Below, piece after piece: positions 18,643 to 28,303 of a stretch of 64,000 bases of DNA. This stretch comes from an uncultured Candidatus Saccharibacteria bacterium (GTDB lineage Bacteria > Patescibacteriota > Minisyncoccia > Phycocordibacterales > Zambryskibacteraceae): NCBI GenBank assembly GCA_964355645.1, contig CAYHDI010000002.1, positions 92,522-156,521 on the forward strand, in the 5' to 3' direction. A model generated the notes under the pieces. That model did not search any database. It saw only the letters and a list, made by a program, of their open reading frames with translations, and was not told the origin of the DNA. Made by a program: the position numbers and the translations under genes. How positions within the stretch are numbered: position 1 is the first letter of the stretch; the number at the start of each line of letters is the position of its first letter.

Positions 18643-19761
18643 TTAATTGTTTGTCCGCCGGTTGGCGGATTGTGATTTGGAAATTGAGAGAATGATGCCG
18701 ACTTCAAGTAGAGTGATGAAGAGTGACGTTCCTCCGTGACTCACGAACGGTAAGGTAATGCCTGAAAGAGGAAGAACTCCAAGCATGGCCCCAATATTCA
18801 CAAACGCTTGGGCTACAATCATTATAACAATTCCCACGACCAACAGTCTACCGAACATATCTGGTACTTTAGAAGCAATTTTCAAACCCCGCAGAGTAAA
18901 AAGTACATAAAGCATAACTAAAATGCATGCGCCGAGGAAACCGAATTCTTCTGCTTCTACAGCGAAGATAGAATCTCCGATTGGCTCAGGCAGAAAATTA
19001 AATTTCTGAATACTTTGTCCAAATCCCCTACCGAACATTCCACCCGAACCTATGGCGATGAGAGACTGCTGAATTTGATAGCCCGAACCTTGGGCATTTT
19101 CGCTTGGATTTAAAAACGTGGTGATGCGTTGCATCACATAAGGCCTTGAGAAAGCGAGGGCTCCTACAGCGAGTATGGCTGTTACTATGACAATTAAAAT
19201 ATATTTCCATCTACCTCCAGCCACGAGAAAAATAGCCATCCCAGAAAAAACAATCATCAGAAAATTGTCTGTGTCTGGTTGTTTTATAAGAAGTGCGCCT
19301 AGGACAAGAAACAGGGCGACCAGTGGAGCAAACCCATATTTGAAAGTTTTCATTTTGTCTTTCACACTTGCAGCCCACGCGGAGAAATAAACAACGAATG
19401 CCAGTTTAAGAATTTCGGCTGGCTGAATCGAAATTCCCGCAATAATGAACCACCTGCGTGCCCCACCGTATTCAAAACCAATGTGCGGGATAAGAACGAG
19501 AATATTGAGAATAATAGAAATAGCTAGGAAATAAAAAGCGGTTTTCTTCCAGATTTTATAATCAAATCTTGAGGTAACAATCATGGCGATGGTGCCGAGG
19601 AAAAGTCCGAGAATGGTTTGGGAAAATGTGACTGAGGAATATTGAGTATCACTCCTTGCGAGTAGTCCAAGTGAAGCGGAGCTAAAAATAAAAAACCCTG
19701 CGACCATCAGAGCCACAGTCCAAAATAAGAAAACCTTGTCAATTTTCCATTTCGAAAGCAT
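18643..19761 (-). CDS. ftsW: SEDS family peptidoglycan polymerase FtsW/RodA
   Basis: Ten predicted TM segments and the conserved SEDS loop. Confidence 0.85.
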   Translation of the reverse strand: MLSKWKIDKVFLFWTVALMVAGFFIFSSASLGLLARSDTQYSSVTFSQTILGLFLGTIAMIVTSRFDYKIWKKTAFYFLAISIILNILVLIPHIGFEYGGARRWFIIAGISIQPAEILKLAFVVYFSAWAASVKDKMKTFKYGFAPLVALFLVLGALLIKQPDTDNFLMIVFSGMAIFLVAGGRWKYILIVIVTAILAVGALAFSRPYVMQRITTFLNPSENAQGSGYQIQQSLIAIGSGGMFGRGFGQSIQKFNFLPEPIGDSIFAVEAEEFGFLGACILVMLYVLFTLRGLKIASKVPDMFGRLLVVGIVIMIVAQAFVNIGAMLGVLPLSGITLPFVSHGGTSLFITLLEVGIILSISKSQSANRRTNN

Positions 19762-19785
19762 TTCACGAATTATAACACTAAATAA

Positions 19786-20838
19786 TTATCCGAGCAGAGC
19801 AAGGACGAGGCCGAGCATGGCGCAGATGACACCAATCACCCAATAGCGCATAACGACTTTTGTGGCTGGCCAACCGAGAGCTTGAAAATGATGATGGAGC
19901 GGAGCAACCCGAAATATTTTCTTGCCATTCCGAAACTTTTTGGACAAAAGCTGAAGAGAACTTGAAGCAGATGAGACGACCAGAGGAAACGCGATGATTG
20001 GTAGGAGCAAGGCTTCTTGAGTGAGGAAAGCCACCACAGCTAGAGTCATGGTCAGGGCCATAATTCCCGTCTCAGACATGAAGAATCGTGCCGGTGGAAT
20101 ATTGAACCACAAAAAAGCCAGCAAGCTTCCAACAATGACGAAACAAAATGTGGCCAAGTCGATTTGATTGTGAAAAAAGGCAATCATTCCATAAGAACTA
20201 AAAATAGCAGTGAAAATTCCTCCAGACAAACCATCAAGTCCGTCTATTACTCCTCCTGAATATGTCCCGAGCATGACCAAAACGAAGAATGGAATGAAAA
20301 GCCAACCGATATTTAAAAGACCATAAAATGGCACCAAGATTGAGGTCATTTCAAGTTTAGAATAAAACCACCAGGCTCCAATCAAACCAACTACGAGAAC
20401 AACAAAAATTCTTTTTTTAAACGAAAGCCCGCCGGCTTTTTGATCATAACGTTCAGTGACTGACCAATAATCATCTACTAGGCCAATGAGTGCACCGGCT
20501 ATGAGAGTGAATACTGTGAGCCAAGTTTGATTGCGACTAAGAAAATTTAATTTATCAAATATTGGTCCGTCAACCATACTTGCGAACCAAAACAATCCAA
20601 TAGTAATAAGTGTGCTGGCCCAAATCACAATTCCTCCCATCCGCGGAGTTTGTCTCGCCTCATCATTATGAAGTGATTGGGTGATTGGTGCTGAAGTACC
20701 GTCCGTGGTCACGGCGACACTTTTCTTTTTCCAAAGTTTGTTTCGATACAGATAATCAGTGACCGAAGGAGTGATGAGTACACCCAATCCGAATGACACA
20801 ATTGAAGGTATAAATATCTTTACTACATCAGTAATCAT
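19786..20838 (-). CDS. mraY: Phospho-N-acetylmuramoyl-pentapeptide transferase MraY
   Basis: GLVDDY motif and the HHHFQ region. Confidence 0.9.
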   Translation of the reverse strand: MITDVVKIFIPSIVSFGLGVLITPSVTDYLYRNKLWKKKSVAVTTDGTSAPITQSLHNDEARQTPRMGGIVIWASTLITIGLFWFASMVDGPIFDKLNFLSRNQTWLTVFTLIAGALIGLVDDYWSVTERYDQKAGGLSFKKRIFVVLVVGLIGAWWFYSKLEMTSILVPFYGLLNIGWLFIPFFVLVMLGTYSGGVIDGLDGLSGGIFTAIFSSYGMIAFFHNQIDLATFCFVIVGSLLAFLWFNIPPARFFMSETGIMALTMTLAVVAFLTQEALLLPIIAFPLVVSSASSSLQLLSKKFRNGKKIFRVAPLHHHFQALGWPATKVVMRYWVIGVICAMLGLVLALLG

Positions 20839-20851
20839 AGAGCTATTATAC

Positions 20852-21769
20852 TTATTTTTTAAAACTTTGTATGCTTTCGAAGGTCGCCTCCACTAATTTT
20901 TCCATATCTGTAAACCTGTCTTCAGCGGTTGAACCTAAAACTGAAATAACGATTGGTCGACCAATTTCTGGATCGAAAGCGATTATAAGGTTGCCTCCGG
21001 CAAGGTCTGTGAAGCCGGTCTTTGAACCTTTAATTCCTGGAATATTTTCAGCAATAGGGTCAGTATTTTTCACTTTATGAACAATATTGTTTGAAGAAGA
21101 AATATTGAATTCAGCTTTGGTGGTGGCGGATAATAGATTCGGATAATTTTTCAAAATATAGGCGAACATGGTGGTGGTATCTCGTGCGGAACCGTAAGCT
21201 CCACCCCTTTGAGATGATTCGTCTATACCAGTTGGATTAAAGAAATAAGTGTTCTTCATTCCAAGTTCGTCGGCCTTGGTATTCATTGAATTAATGAAAT
21301 CTTTTTCTGCTCCAAACGCAAGGGCGACAGCTGTGGCTCCGTCGTTCGAGGAAGAAGCTAGAAGAAAATCCAAAAGTTTTTCGAGTGACCACTTTTCTCC
21401 AACTCGAAGACCACTATCCCCTTCTGCTCGAATAGCATAACTTGAAATGGTGACGATGCTGTCTTTGGATTCATGACTTTGGGCTACGAGGGCGGTCATC
21501 ACCTTGGTCAATGAAGCAAGAGGCAATCGTTCGTCAGGGTTGCGACTGAACAAAACTTTGTTTGTCCGTACATCATAAACAAAAATAGATTTGGCTGTCA
21601 GGTTTAAATTCTCAAATGGGTTTATGGCCACTTGTGCTGGTGATGAAATGCGATTGCGCAGAGCTTGATGACTAACAACAAATGAAACAACGATTATCCC
21701 AACTAGAATTGCTCCAAGGATAGAAAAGAATTTAATTTCAAATTGACTGGCTAAAAGTTTTTTATTCAT
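20852..21769 (-). CDS. D-alanyl-D-alanine carboxypeptidase (S11 family)
   Basis: SLTKVMTA (SxxK), SSN and KTG motifs. Confidence 0.8.
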   Translation of the reverse strand: MNKKLLASQFEIKFFSILGAILVGIIVVSFVVSHQALRNRISSPAQVAINPFENLNLTAKSIFVYDVRTNKVLFSRNPDERLPLASLTKVMTALVAQSHESKDSIVTISSYAIRAEGDSGLRVGEKWSLEKLLDFLLASSSNDGATAVALAFGAEKDFINSMNTKADELGMKNTYFFNPTGIDESSQRGGAYGSARDTTTMFAYILKNYPNLLSATTKAEFNISSSNNIVHKVKNTDPIAENIPGIKGSKTGFTDLAGGNLIIAFDPEIGRPIVISVLGSTAEDRFTDMEKLVEATFESIQSFKK

Positions 21770-22353
21770 TCTGTTTTTCCCGACGTTTCAGTCGGGACCC
21801 CGACCTCTTCGAGCGTCGGGGCTTCCTGGGGGATTTTAGAGAACTCTTCAATTTTTTCTAAGGCCTTCGCAAATTCAGGCAATTCCTCTTTTTTGGTCAC
21901 GCCCAAAAACCTCATAAGTTCTAGGGTTGATTTATAGCTGAAACTCCTTTCTCCGGCCTCGCTCTCACTCCTTTCTATAAGACCTCTTATAAGGAGATTT
22001 CGGAGGATAAAGCTCGAATTAACCCCTCGTATATAGTCTATCTCCCTGCGCGAAATTGGGCCTTTATAGAGGATTATAGCCAGGGTTTCGAGCCCAGCTC
22101 GGCCTATATCCCTTGATAATTCGTCCTTTTGGACCTTCTCAATGAGATTTGAGACCTGAGGGCTAGTGCCTAGACTTAGTTCATCGCCATTACTGATAAG
22201 CACAATACCCCTATCTCTATAGAAGTTTTGTAAACTTTCTACAGCCAAACGAATATCTTCAACAGGAGTGGAAAGCATTTTACCAAGTTCAACAAGAGTC
22301 ATTGGCTCATTTTTAAAAAATAACAAGGCTTCGATTTTTGATTCTAAATTCAT
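21766..22353 (-). CDS. scpB: Segregation and condensation protein B
   Basis: LEALLFFKNEPMTLVELGKML winged-helix repeats. Confidence 0.85.
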   Translation of the reverse strand: MNLESKIEALLFFKNEPMTLVELGKMLSTPVEDIRLAVESLQNFYRDRGIVLISNGDELSLGTSPQVSNLIEKVQKDELSRDIGRAGLETLAIILYKGPISRREIDYIRGVNSSFILRNLLIRGLIERSESEAGERSFSYKSTLELMRFLGVTKKEELPEFAKALEKIEEFSKIPQEAPTLEEVGVPTETSGKTE

Positions 22354-22354
22354 T

Positions 22355-23101
22355 TTATATTTTGTTTACAACCTCACTTTCCATTTCTATCTCTCCCTTT
22401 CCTATCTGATTGACTCGAAGGATATCACGTTTGACGAGCTCAAGCATAGCAAGAAAACCAACAATAATCATCACTTTCTTCTCATAGGTCATGGAGCCTG
22501 ACACTCCAAGATCTTGACCATAAAAATCCTTAAAATTCATTTTCATACCTTTGGAAATTCTCTCGGTTAATTTGGTGATGGTTTCTTCAAGGTTAATTAT
22601 TTTTCTGACTGTGGCTTTCGGCAACGACTCCTTCTGTGGAAGAGATTGAACCACTCGCATGAGAGCGAGATGGAGCTCACTCACGTTAGTTTTAGAATCT
22701 GGAGAGAAAACGATTGGGACATTCTTCGAGGGATTCTTTTCAAAAATAATTTTCTGTCCGAAGATTTTCTTTATCTCAAGTGAAAGTTCTTTGATGCGGG
22801 CATAAATCACTAAGCGCTTTTCCAAATCTTCAATTGAGGCCTCCTCTTCTTCAGTTAGTTCGAGCATAGGCAGAAGTGAGCGCGACTTCACGAGCATGAG
22901 GGTTGAAGCGATGACAATAAACTCGGCTGACTCCCCTATCGGAAATTCTTCATGTGATTCAATATATTTAATGAAATCATCCGTCACTTGAGCCAGCGAG
23001 ACATCATTCACAAACAATTTTCTTTTCTCTACCAAATCCAAAAGAAGGTCCAACGGGCCTTCGAATACCGCAGTCTTTACCGAGTATTTCAATTCATCCA
23101 T
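22355..23101 (-). CDS. scpA: Segregation and condensation protein A
   Basis: FEGPLDLLLDLVEKRKL. Confidence 0.85.
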   Translation of the reverse strand: MDELKYSVKTAVFEGPLDLLLDLVEKRKLFVNDVSLAQVTDDFIKYIESHEEFPIGESAEFIVIASTLMLVKSRSLLPMLELTEEEEASIEDLEKRLVIYARIKELSLEIKKIFGQKIIFEKNPSKNVPIVFSPDSKTNVSELHLALMRVVQSLPQKESLPKATVRKIINLEETITKLTERISKGMKMNFKDFYGQDLGVSGSMTYEKKVMIIVGFLAMLELVKRDILRVNQIGKGEIEMESEVVNKI

Positions 23102-23176
23102 TTATGAAATTATAGCTTTTTAAGCCGTTTTTTAAAAGAAAATGCCTAGGTATGAATTCATACCTAGGCGCTCAAA

Positions 23177-23554
23177 CTACTTCTCAATCGAACCAATTGA
23201 TGATGACGAGAATATTTCAAATGTTCTGAAAGGGATTTTACCCCTTTTGAAAAGCTCAATCTTCACAGTTACGCCACCAGATACATAAGAGAAGATACTC
23301 AGTGTTATTTGCACTCTGTGCGCATCACTGAATGCTGTAGTCCAGTTGTCGAAACCATTACAAATACGATTCCTCAACAGCAAAACGTGCTTGGGGATAT
23401 TCGAATCTAGATCCTCAGATTCTCCCCAAAAGGAGGCGAGGTCGGTTCCGATACGAAGTGCAGTTCTAACGCAAGGTTCGTTGCGAAACACAGGATCTGT
23501 TTCGATCTTTCGACGCAAATCAGGCATAACGTATATACCAATTTTCTTGAACAT
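23177..23554 (-). CDS. Hypothetical protein in a moderately GC-enriched patch between scpA and aspS
   Basis: 125-aa ORF with no recognisable domain. The span is overlapped by spurious antisense ORFs. Confidence 0.35.
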   Translation of the reverse strand: MFKKIGIYVMPDLRRKIETDPVFRNEPCVRTALRIGTDLASFWGESEDLDSNIPKHVLLLRNRICNGFDNWTTAFSDAHRVQITLSIFSYVSGGVTVKIELFKRGKIPFRTFEIFSSSSIGSIEK

Positions 23555-23720
23555 TTCGCGATTTCCTCATTGAAGGGTGGCTCGCTATGGCCACGTGGTG
23601 AAAGAACAGCCGAATCCCTATAATACATAAGTTTACGGGACTGTCAAATACGTTATAAATTACCTATAGGCAATAAGAAGCGTGTTGGAATTATTTTAAA
23701 GAGAACTTTAATTATGTTGA

Positions 23721-25157
23721 TTATTTCAATTTCAAACCCAATTCCTTGAGTTGTTTTTCTGAGGCTTCGGATGGAGAATCCATCATCAAATCCTTGCCCT
23801 CGCCGTTTTTAGGGAAAGCCATCACTTCTCGAATATTTGGCTCATTTTCAAGCATCATCACGAGACGATCAAGCCCCCACGCGATACCTCCGTGTGGTGG
23901 TGTACCAGAACGAAAAGCTTCAAGCATGTAGAAAAGATTTTTCTCTACTTCTTCTTTGGAAACTCCCATTATTTCGTATACTGCAAGCAGGGCTTCGGGT
24001 TTGTGATTCCTGATACTCCCTCCACCAATCTCATTGCCATTCAAAATAATATCGTATTGATTGGTGAGAATATTCGGGATGTTTCTTTTGTTCAATAAAT
24101 CTTCTGCGAATTCGGGTTGAGCTCCAGAAAACGGATTATGAGTGAAGGTCCATTCACCTGTGGCTGTCGGGTTATCAGATTTATCTGTTTTCTCGAAAAA
24201 TGGAAAGTCTACGACCCAGCAGAAAGAGAGAAGATCTTTGTCATCCTTATTCTTTCTCAAATCTGGTCTATCCGTCCCGTATTTTTTCACAGCCTCCTTA
24301 TAAGAAATTCTGGGGAAAGGAATTTCCTGAATCTTTTTGTCTGGATAAAGTTCTGTGACCAAAGCGATGAGAAGCTTCTCATTGAGCTCCATCACATCTT
24401 CTCTCTCCACAAAACTCATTTCAAGGTCGAGTTGAGTGAATTCCGGTTGTCTGTCACCACGAAGGTCTTCATCGCGCATACATTTGGCCATTTGGAAATA
24501 TCTTTCCATACCCGAAGCCATGAAAAGTTGTTTGTATTGCTGAGGAGCTTGAGGCAAAGCATAGAATTTCCCTTTCTCTAATCTTGAAGGCACGAGGAAA
24601 TCTCTCGCTCCTTCAGCGGTGGATTTAGAAAGAATCGGTGTCTCAATTTCAATAAAATTTTCTTGATCAAGAAAATCTCTAATAAACTTTACCACCTTGT
24701 GTCGGTGTCTCAGATTTTTCTGCATTCTTGGTCGGCGAAGATCAAGGTAGCGATATTTCAATCTATTTTCCTCACCAATTTCCTTTCCATCACTAGATAC
24801 ATCGAAAGCTGGAGTTTCGGCTTTATTAAGAATTTCAATTTCTGTCACCTCAAGCTCTAAATCCCCATTCAAGACGTCTTTGTTGATGTTTTTCTCGGGT
24901 CTTTTGTTCACTATTCCAGTAATTTTCAAAACCCACTCTGGACGCATCTTCCCGGCAATTTCCATTGCCGAGGATCCTCGACTTTCAGTCGGGACTTCTG
25001 CTTTCGCAGGCAAAACTACGCATTGAACCTTGCCGGTCATATCGCGCATGTCGAAGAAAACCATCTTGCCTTGATCACGACGAATATCTACCCATCCTGA
25101 AATGGAAACTTCTTTCCCTACATGTTTTTCTAGATCTTTAATATAAGTTCTATTCAT
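23721..25157 (-). CDS. aspS: Aspartate--tRNA ligase (archaeal/eukaryal-type short form, 478 aa)
   Basis: Class II motifs FRDEDLRGDRQPEFTQLDLEMSF, GGGSIR and GLDRLVMML. Confidence 0.85.
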   Translation of the reverse strand: MNRTYIKDLEKHVGKEVSISGWVDIRRDQGKMVFFDMRDMTGKVQCVVLPAKAEVPTESRGSSAMEIAGKMRPEWVLKITGIVNKRPEKNINKDVLNGDLELEVTEIEILNKAETPAFDVSSDGKEIGEENRLKYRYLDLRRPRMQKNLRHRHKVVKFIRDFLDQENFIEIETPILSKSTAEGARDFLVPSRLEKGKFYALPQAPQQYKQLFMASGMERYFQMAKCMRDEDLRGDRQPEFTQLDLEMSFVEREDVMELNEKLLIALVTELYPDKKIQEIPFPRISYKEAVKKYGTDRPDLRKNKDDKDLLSFCWVVDFPFFEKTDKSDNPTATGEWTFTHNPFSGAQPEFAEDLLNKRNIPNILTNQYDIILNGNEIGGGSIRNHKPEALLAVYEIMGVSKEEVEKNLFYMLEAFRSGTPPHGGIAWGLDRLVMMLENEPNIREVMAFPKNGEGKDLMMDSPSEASEKQLKELGLKLK

Positions 25158-26109
25158 TGTGATGAATTAATCCAACTTTCTTCCTAACTTCTATCATTTT
25201 CTCATGAACTATTTTTCTCATTTTCTCTCCTCCTTCTCGAATAATTTTATCCACTTCATCACCCTTCTTCTCCCACTCGGCTCGTCTATCTCTCATTGGT
25301 CCTATCACGGCCTTAATATCTTTGATTAATTCTTCCTTTAAATCCTTGTATTTGCCTTTTTTTTCTGCATACAACTTCTCAAGTTCCACCTCGGGTCTAA
25401 AGAGTTTGTGAAGCTCGAATACGTTTTTTGGAATATCTGTGCCCGAATCTGTGACTATGCTCATCACTGCTTTCTCTATTTCTTCATTTGTGGCAAAGAG
25501 TGGAATGGTGTTGTTGTAGCTCTTACTCATCTTTTGTCCATCTGTCCCGATAATTGTACCCACACTTTCAATAATCAAAGGTTCAGGTCGAACGAAAGTT
25601 TCTCCATACGCATTATTAAATTTATCTGCAACGTCACCGGCGATTTCTACATGTTGTTTTTGATCAGAACCCACGGGAACAAGTTCAGCATCGTGCACCA
25701 GGATATCCGCCGACATGAGAATCGGATAATTGAAGGTTCCAACATTCACATCTTTCTTCTTGGTTTCAGCATCCTTGAACGCATGTGCGCGAGAGAGGTA
25801 AGGAACAGTAACCAAGCATTCAAATATCCAAGCGAGTTCAGCCACATGCGGGATATCTGATTGAAGAAAAATGGTCACTTTCTCTGGGTCAAGTCCGGCT
25901 CCTAGATAATCCAAAACTAGATTCTTAGTATATTCAGAAAGCTTGTTTGGGTCCTGCGTGGTCGTAAGCGCATGCATGTTGGCCATGAAAAACCTGCATT
26001 CATACTTATCCTGTAAATCAATCCATTGTTTGAGTGCCCCAAAATAGTTTCCAATATGAAGCGGACCGGATGGCTGCATACCTGAAACCAGGATTTTCTT
26101 CTTTGACAT
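25150..26109 (-). CDS. trpS: Tryptophan--tRNA ligase
   Basis: HIGH-like region GPLHIGNYFG and KMSKS. Confidence 0.9.
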   Translation of the reverse strand: MSKKKILVSGMQPSGPLHIGNYFGALKQWIDLQDKYECRFFMANMHALTTTQDPNKLSEYTKNLVLDYLGAGLDPEKVTIFLQSDIPHVAELAWIFECLVTVPYLSRAHAFKDAETKKKDVNVGTFNYPILMSADILVHDAELVPVGSDQKQHVEIAGDVADKFNNAYGETFVRPEPLIIESVGTIIGTDGQKMSKSYNNTIPLFATNEEIEKAVMSIVTDSGTDIPKNVFELHKLFRPEVELEKLYAEKKGKYKDLKEELIKDIKAVIGPMRDRRAEWEKKGDEVDKIIREGGEKMRKIVHEKMIEVRKKVGLIHHNE

Positions 26110-26146
26110 ACGAAAATAATACCAAAATAGGCTCTATTTTGAAAGC

Positions 26147-26533
26147 CTAGAATAGGAGAATGGCAAGAGGCGCTATGAGCCAAATGGTGAAGATTTGTTC
26201 AGGAGCAAAAACTGGATTCAAATAGGCTGGGAAGTGATAGATGGAAGCAATAGGCACAATGTGATACAAAATAGATATAATTAAACCAATGATTGAGACA
26301 ACAAGCAGAATAATTTTTAAATATCTTTTGAATCCCCTATCGGAGTAAACAGAAATGTGTTTGTTTACCACATAAAATATTGGCAAGAAAAAGATAATGA
26401 GAATCATAATGTGATTCCAGAAAAGTTGATCAGAACCTTTGAGAATCGTCAAAGTCTTCACAAAAAACGCTTGAGTGTACAAAAGTATCGCGAGATAAAG
26501 AGAAATAAGTGCAGAGACTAATTTATTTTCCAT
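26147..26533 (-). CDS. Integral membrane protein (about 4 TM), hypothetical
   Basis: Hydrophobicity pattern. Immediately downstream of the C39-like peptidase. Confidence 0.45.
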   Translation of the reverse strand: MENKLVSALISLYLAILLYTQAFFVKTLTILKGSDQLFWNHIMILIIFFLPIFYVVNKHISVYSDRGFKRYLKIILLVVSIIGLIISILYHIVPIASIYHFPAYLNPVFAPEQIFTIWLIAPLAILLF

Positions 26534-26550
26534 GAATTAATTATATCCTA

Positions 26551-27066
26551 TTATTTTATAGTAATTAATAATGGGCAAAACAACAAGTGGTCTCTTAATT
26601 GAATGACAGCTTTTTGTAATACGGAACTTTCCACAATCCTACTTTCCCCGAACCACGGATCGAATATCTTATATGAATTATCATCATTAACAGATTCAAC
26701 GATTATAAAGTGTGGGGCGTGAGGGTAAATTCCTTCTCCAGCATCAATATATAATATGTAAGGAGTGGGTGTTGAATTCATTAAGTTAGAATCTATCGTT
26801 CGGGAGATAAGTTTAATATTTTTATTATCAAAATTAGTCTTCAAATCCTTAAGAAAGTATTCATTATCAACATACACATCAAAGTCCTCGCGGTACTTTT
26901 CAGAAAAAATATTCAGGACTTTTAATGCATAACTTATCTTTGTTTTGATGTCCTCAACAGCAAGTTCTAATTCCTCCCCTTCTGTTGCTTCACCTTTTGC
27001 AAGTAATAATAAACAAACAGGTAAACAGCCTTCCAAGGTTTCTTGTTTGTATGGCTTGAAATTCAT
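26551..27066 (-). CDS. C39-like (papain-fold) cysteine peptidase domain protein
   Basis: N-terminal QETLEGCLPVC (Gln...Cys) and C-terminal HAPHFIIV...DPW (His/Asp) match the Peptidase_C39_2 pattern. Confidence 0.5.
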   Translation of the reverse strand: MNFKPYKQETLEGCLPVCLLLLAKGEATEGEELELAVEDIKTKISYALKVLNIFSEKYREDFDVYVDNEYFLKDLKTNFDNKNIKLISRTIDSNLMNSTPTPYILYIDAGEGIYPHAPHFIIVESVNDDNSYKIFDPWFGESRIVESSVLQKAVIQLRDHLLFCPLLITIK

Positions 27067-27084
27067 ATCAATAATTTTAGCATT

Positions 27085-27168
27085 TTATACCCCCTCTTTT
27101 TTAAGTTCCTCAACCAACCTCTTAGCTTCCTTAGAGAGTTTGTCGGATATGTAGATAATTTTCCTCAT
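27085..27168 (-). CDS. 27-codon sORF re-encoding the DnaJ C-terminal tail, translationally coupled (ATGA overlap) to the upstream DUF4325 gene
   Basis: Product MRKIIYISDKLSKEAKRLVEELKKEGV matches the DnaJ C-terminus ...[22 protein letters not shown]. Its start codon overlaps the stop of the 27165-27479 gene. Confidence 0.3.
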   Translation of the reverse strand: MRKIIYISDKLSKEAKRLVEELKKEGV

Positions 27169-27479
27169 AATCCCATCTGCTTAACGGCTCGATTTACTAT
27201 ATCAGCCACATAGTCTTTTCGTTCCCTCGCTATTACGGGAAGTGCTATGCGCACAGAGGCATTATTCGTAGGCAGTAACTCAACTTTTCCATAATTAAAG
27301 TCGGCAAGGCGTGTAATGAATTCATCAAGCCAAGAAGGATTAACTGTGAGGACATCATCAAAGTCGATCTGAACAGGCAGATCTTTATTTAGCTGAGGAC
27401 GAATTGCATTAAAAGCTTCCTGTCCATTTGGTCGTCCTACTAGCACGTTACCGAATTTTTTAAGATGAATTGTTTGCAT
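27165..27479 (-). CDS. DUF4325-like (STAS-fold, anti-sigma-antagonist-like) protein
   Basis: IHLKKFGNVLVGRPNGQEAF...VQIDFDDVLTVNPSWLDEFITRL fits the DUF4325 pattern (IkikdfG..lgtR..G......lDFdgV..issSF.DEf). Confidence 0.5.
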   Translation of the reverse strand: MQTIHLKKFGNVLVGRPNGQEAFNAIRPQLNKDLPVQIDFDDVLTVNPSWLDEFITRLADFNYGKVELLPTNNASVRIALPVIARERKDYVADIVNRAVKQMGL

Positions 27480-27486
27480 AATGATT

Positions 27487-28215
27487 TTAGAATTTTATCA
27501 CACAATATGTACCTCGCACATTTTGCTTCGCCATACCAATGGTGAGATAGCCCGGTTTCTCAACTGGAACAGTAACCACCCCAATACCAGATCGGTAAAA
27601 AAGTCCCACTTCACGTGATTCAAGAACTCTAAGCACAACCTTCAATCCTTGGCCCCTCTTTTCTGGATTTCTTCCAGAAATAATTTCTGTAAAAGCAACT
27701 TTCAAAGCCTCTTGATCATCAACAATGGACGGCCTTACTTGTCTGAGGGTTGCTTTTACGCCTCGACCACGATCAGCTATCACTATAACCCTCTTTTTAA
27801 GATCATAGGCGTAGAATGTGCCCGAAATATCTGGCCAATTGCCTACATTATGAGCAAAAGAATTGTCACCAATTTCGCTGGCAATCAACGTGATGAGTGA
27901 ATCCAATGCTTCTGAAAATCGACTGTCCCCCTGGAGTTCCATGCCCATTTTTGTTACTCGACTGGTAAAACGATCAGGCAACTCACAGTAATAATCAATA
28001 GGAAGTTCAGGTGGTATCGCGCTTGTTGCCCATACCATCCCTAACGCCTCTATGTCTACAGCAAATTTTTTAAGATCCACTAAGTGGTAATATCGCTGAT
28101 TTCCAGCACTTCTTTCTGAGAGAAGTTTCCCGGATTTTTCCCAATTGCGAAGAGTCTGGGAAGTGACTCCAAGAATTTTAGCAGCTTCACTTATACGTAC
28201 TTTACTATCAATCAT
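27487..28215 (-). CDS. MerR-type HTH fused to a GHKL (RsbW/SpoIIAB-like) ATPase/kinase domain
   Basis: MerR HTH ISEAAKILGVTSQTLRNWEKSGKL. GHKL N-box EIGDNSFAH, G1 DRGRG and G2 GQGL. Confidence 0.6.
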   Translation of the reverse strand: MIDSKVRISEAAKILGVTSQTLRNWEKSGKLLSERSAGNQRYYHLVDLKKFAVDIEALGMVWATSAIPPELPIDYYCELPDRFTSRVTKMGMELQGDSRFSEALDSLITLIASEIGDNSFAHNVGNWPDISGTFYAYDLKKRVIVIADRGRGVKATLRQVRPSIVDDQEALKVAFTEIISGRNPEKRGQGLKVVLRVLESREVGLFYRSGIGVVTVPVEKPGYLTIGMAKQNVRGTYCVIKF

Positions 28216-28224
28216 AAAGGTATT

Positions 28225-28292
28225 TTATAAGTTTATACCCTAAACTTATAAAAGTCAAGTTAACTTTATAAGTTAATACCCTAAACCTATAA
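28225..28292. promoter_or_regulatory. Two copies of a 27-bp palindromic operator-like site (TTATAAGTT-N9-AACTTATAA) upstream of the HTH-GHKL gene
   Basis: 28225-28251 is a perfect 9-bp inverted repeat with a 9-bp spacer. 28266-28292 is a near-identical second copy. Both lie between the dnaJ stop and the HTH gene ATG. Confidence 0.4.
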
Positions 28293-28303
28293 TGAACATT
28301 GTA

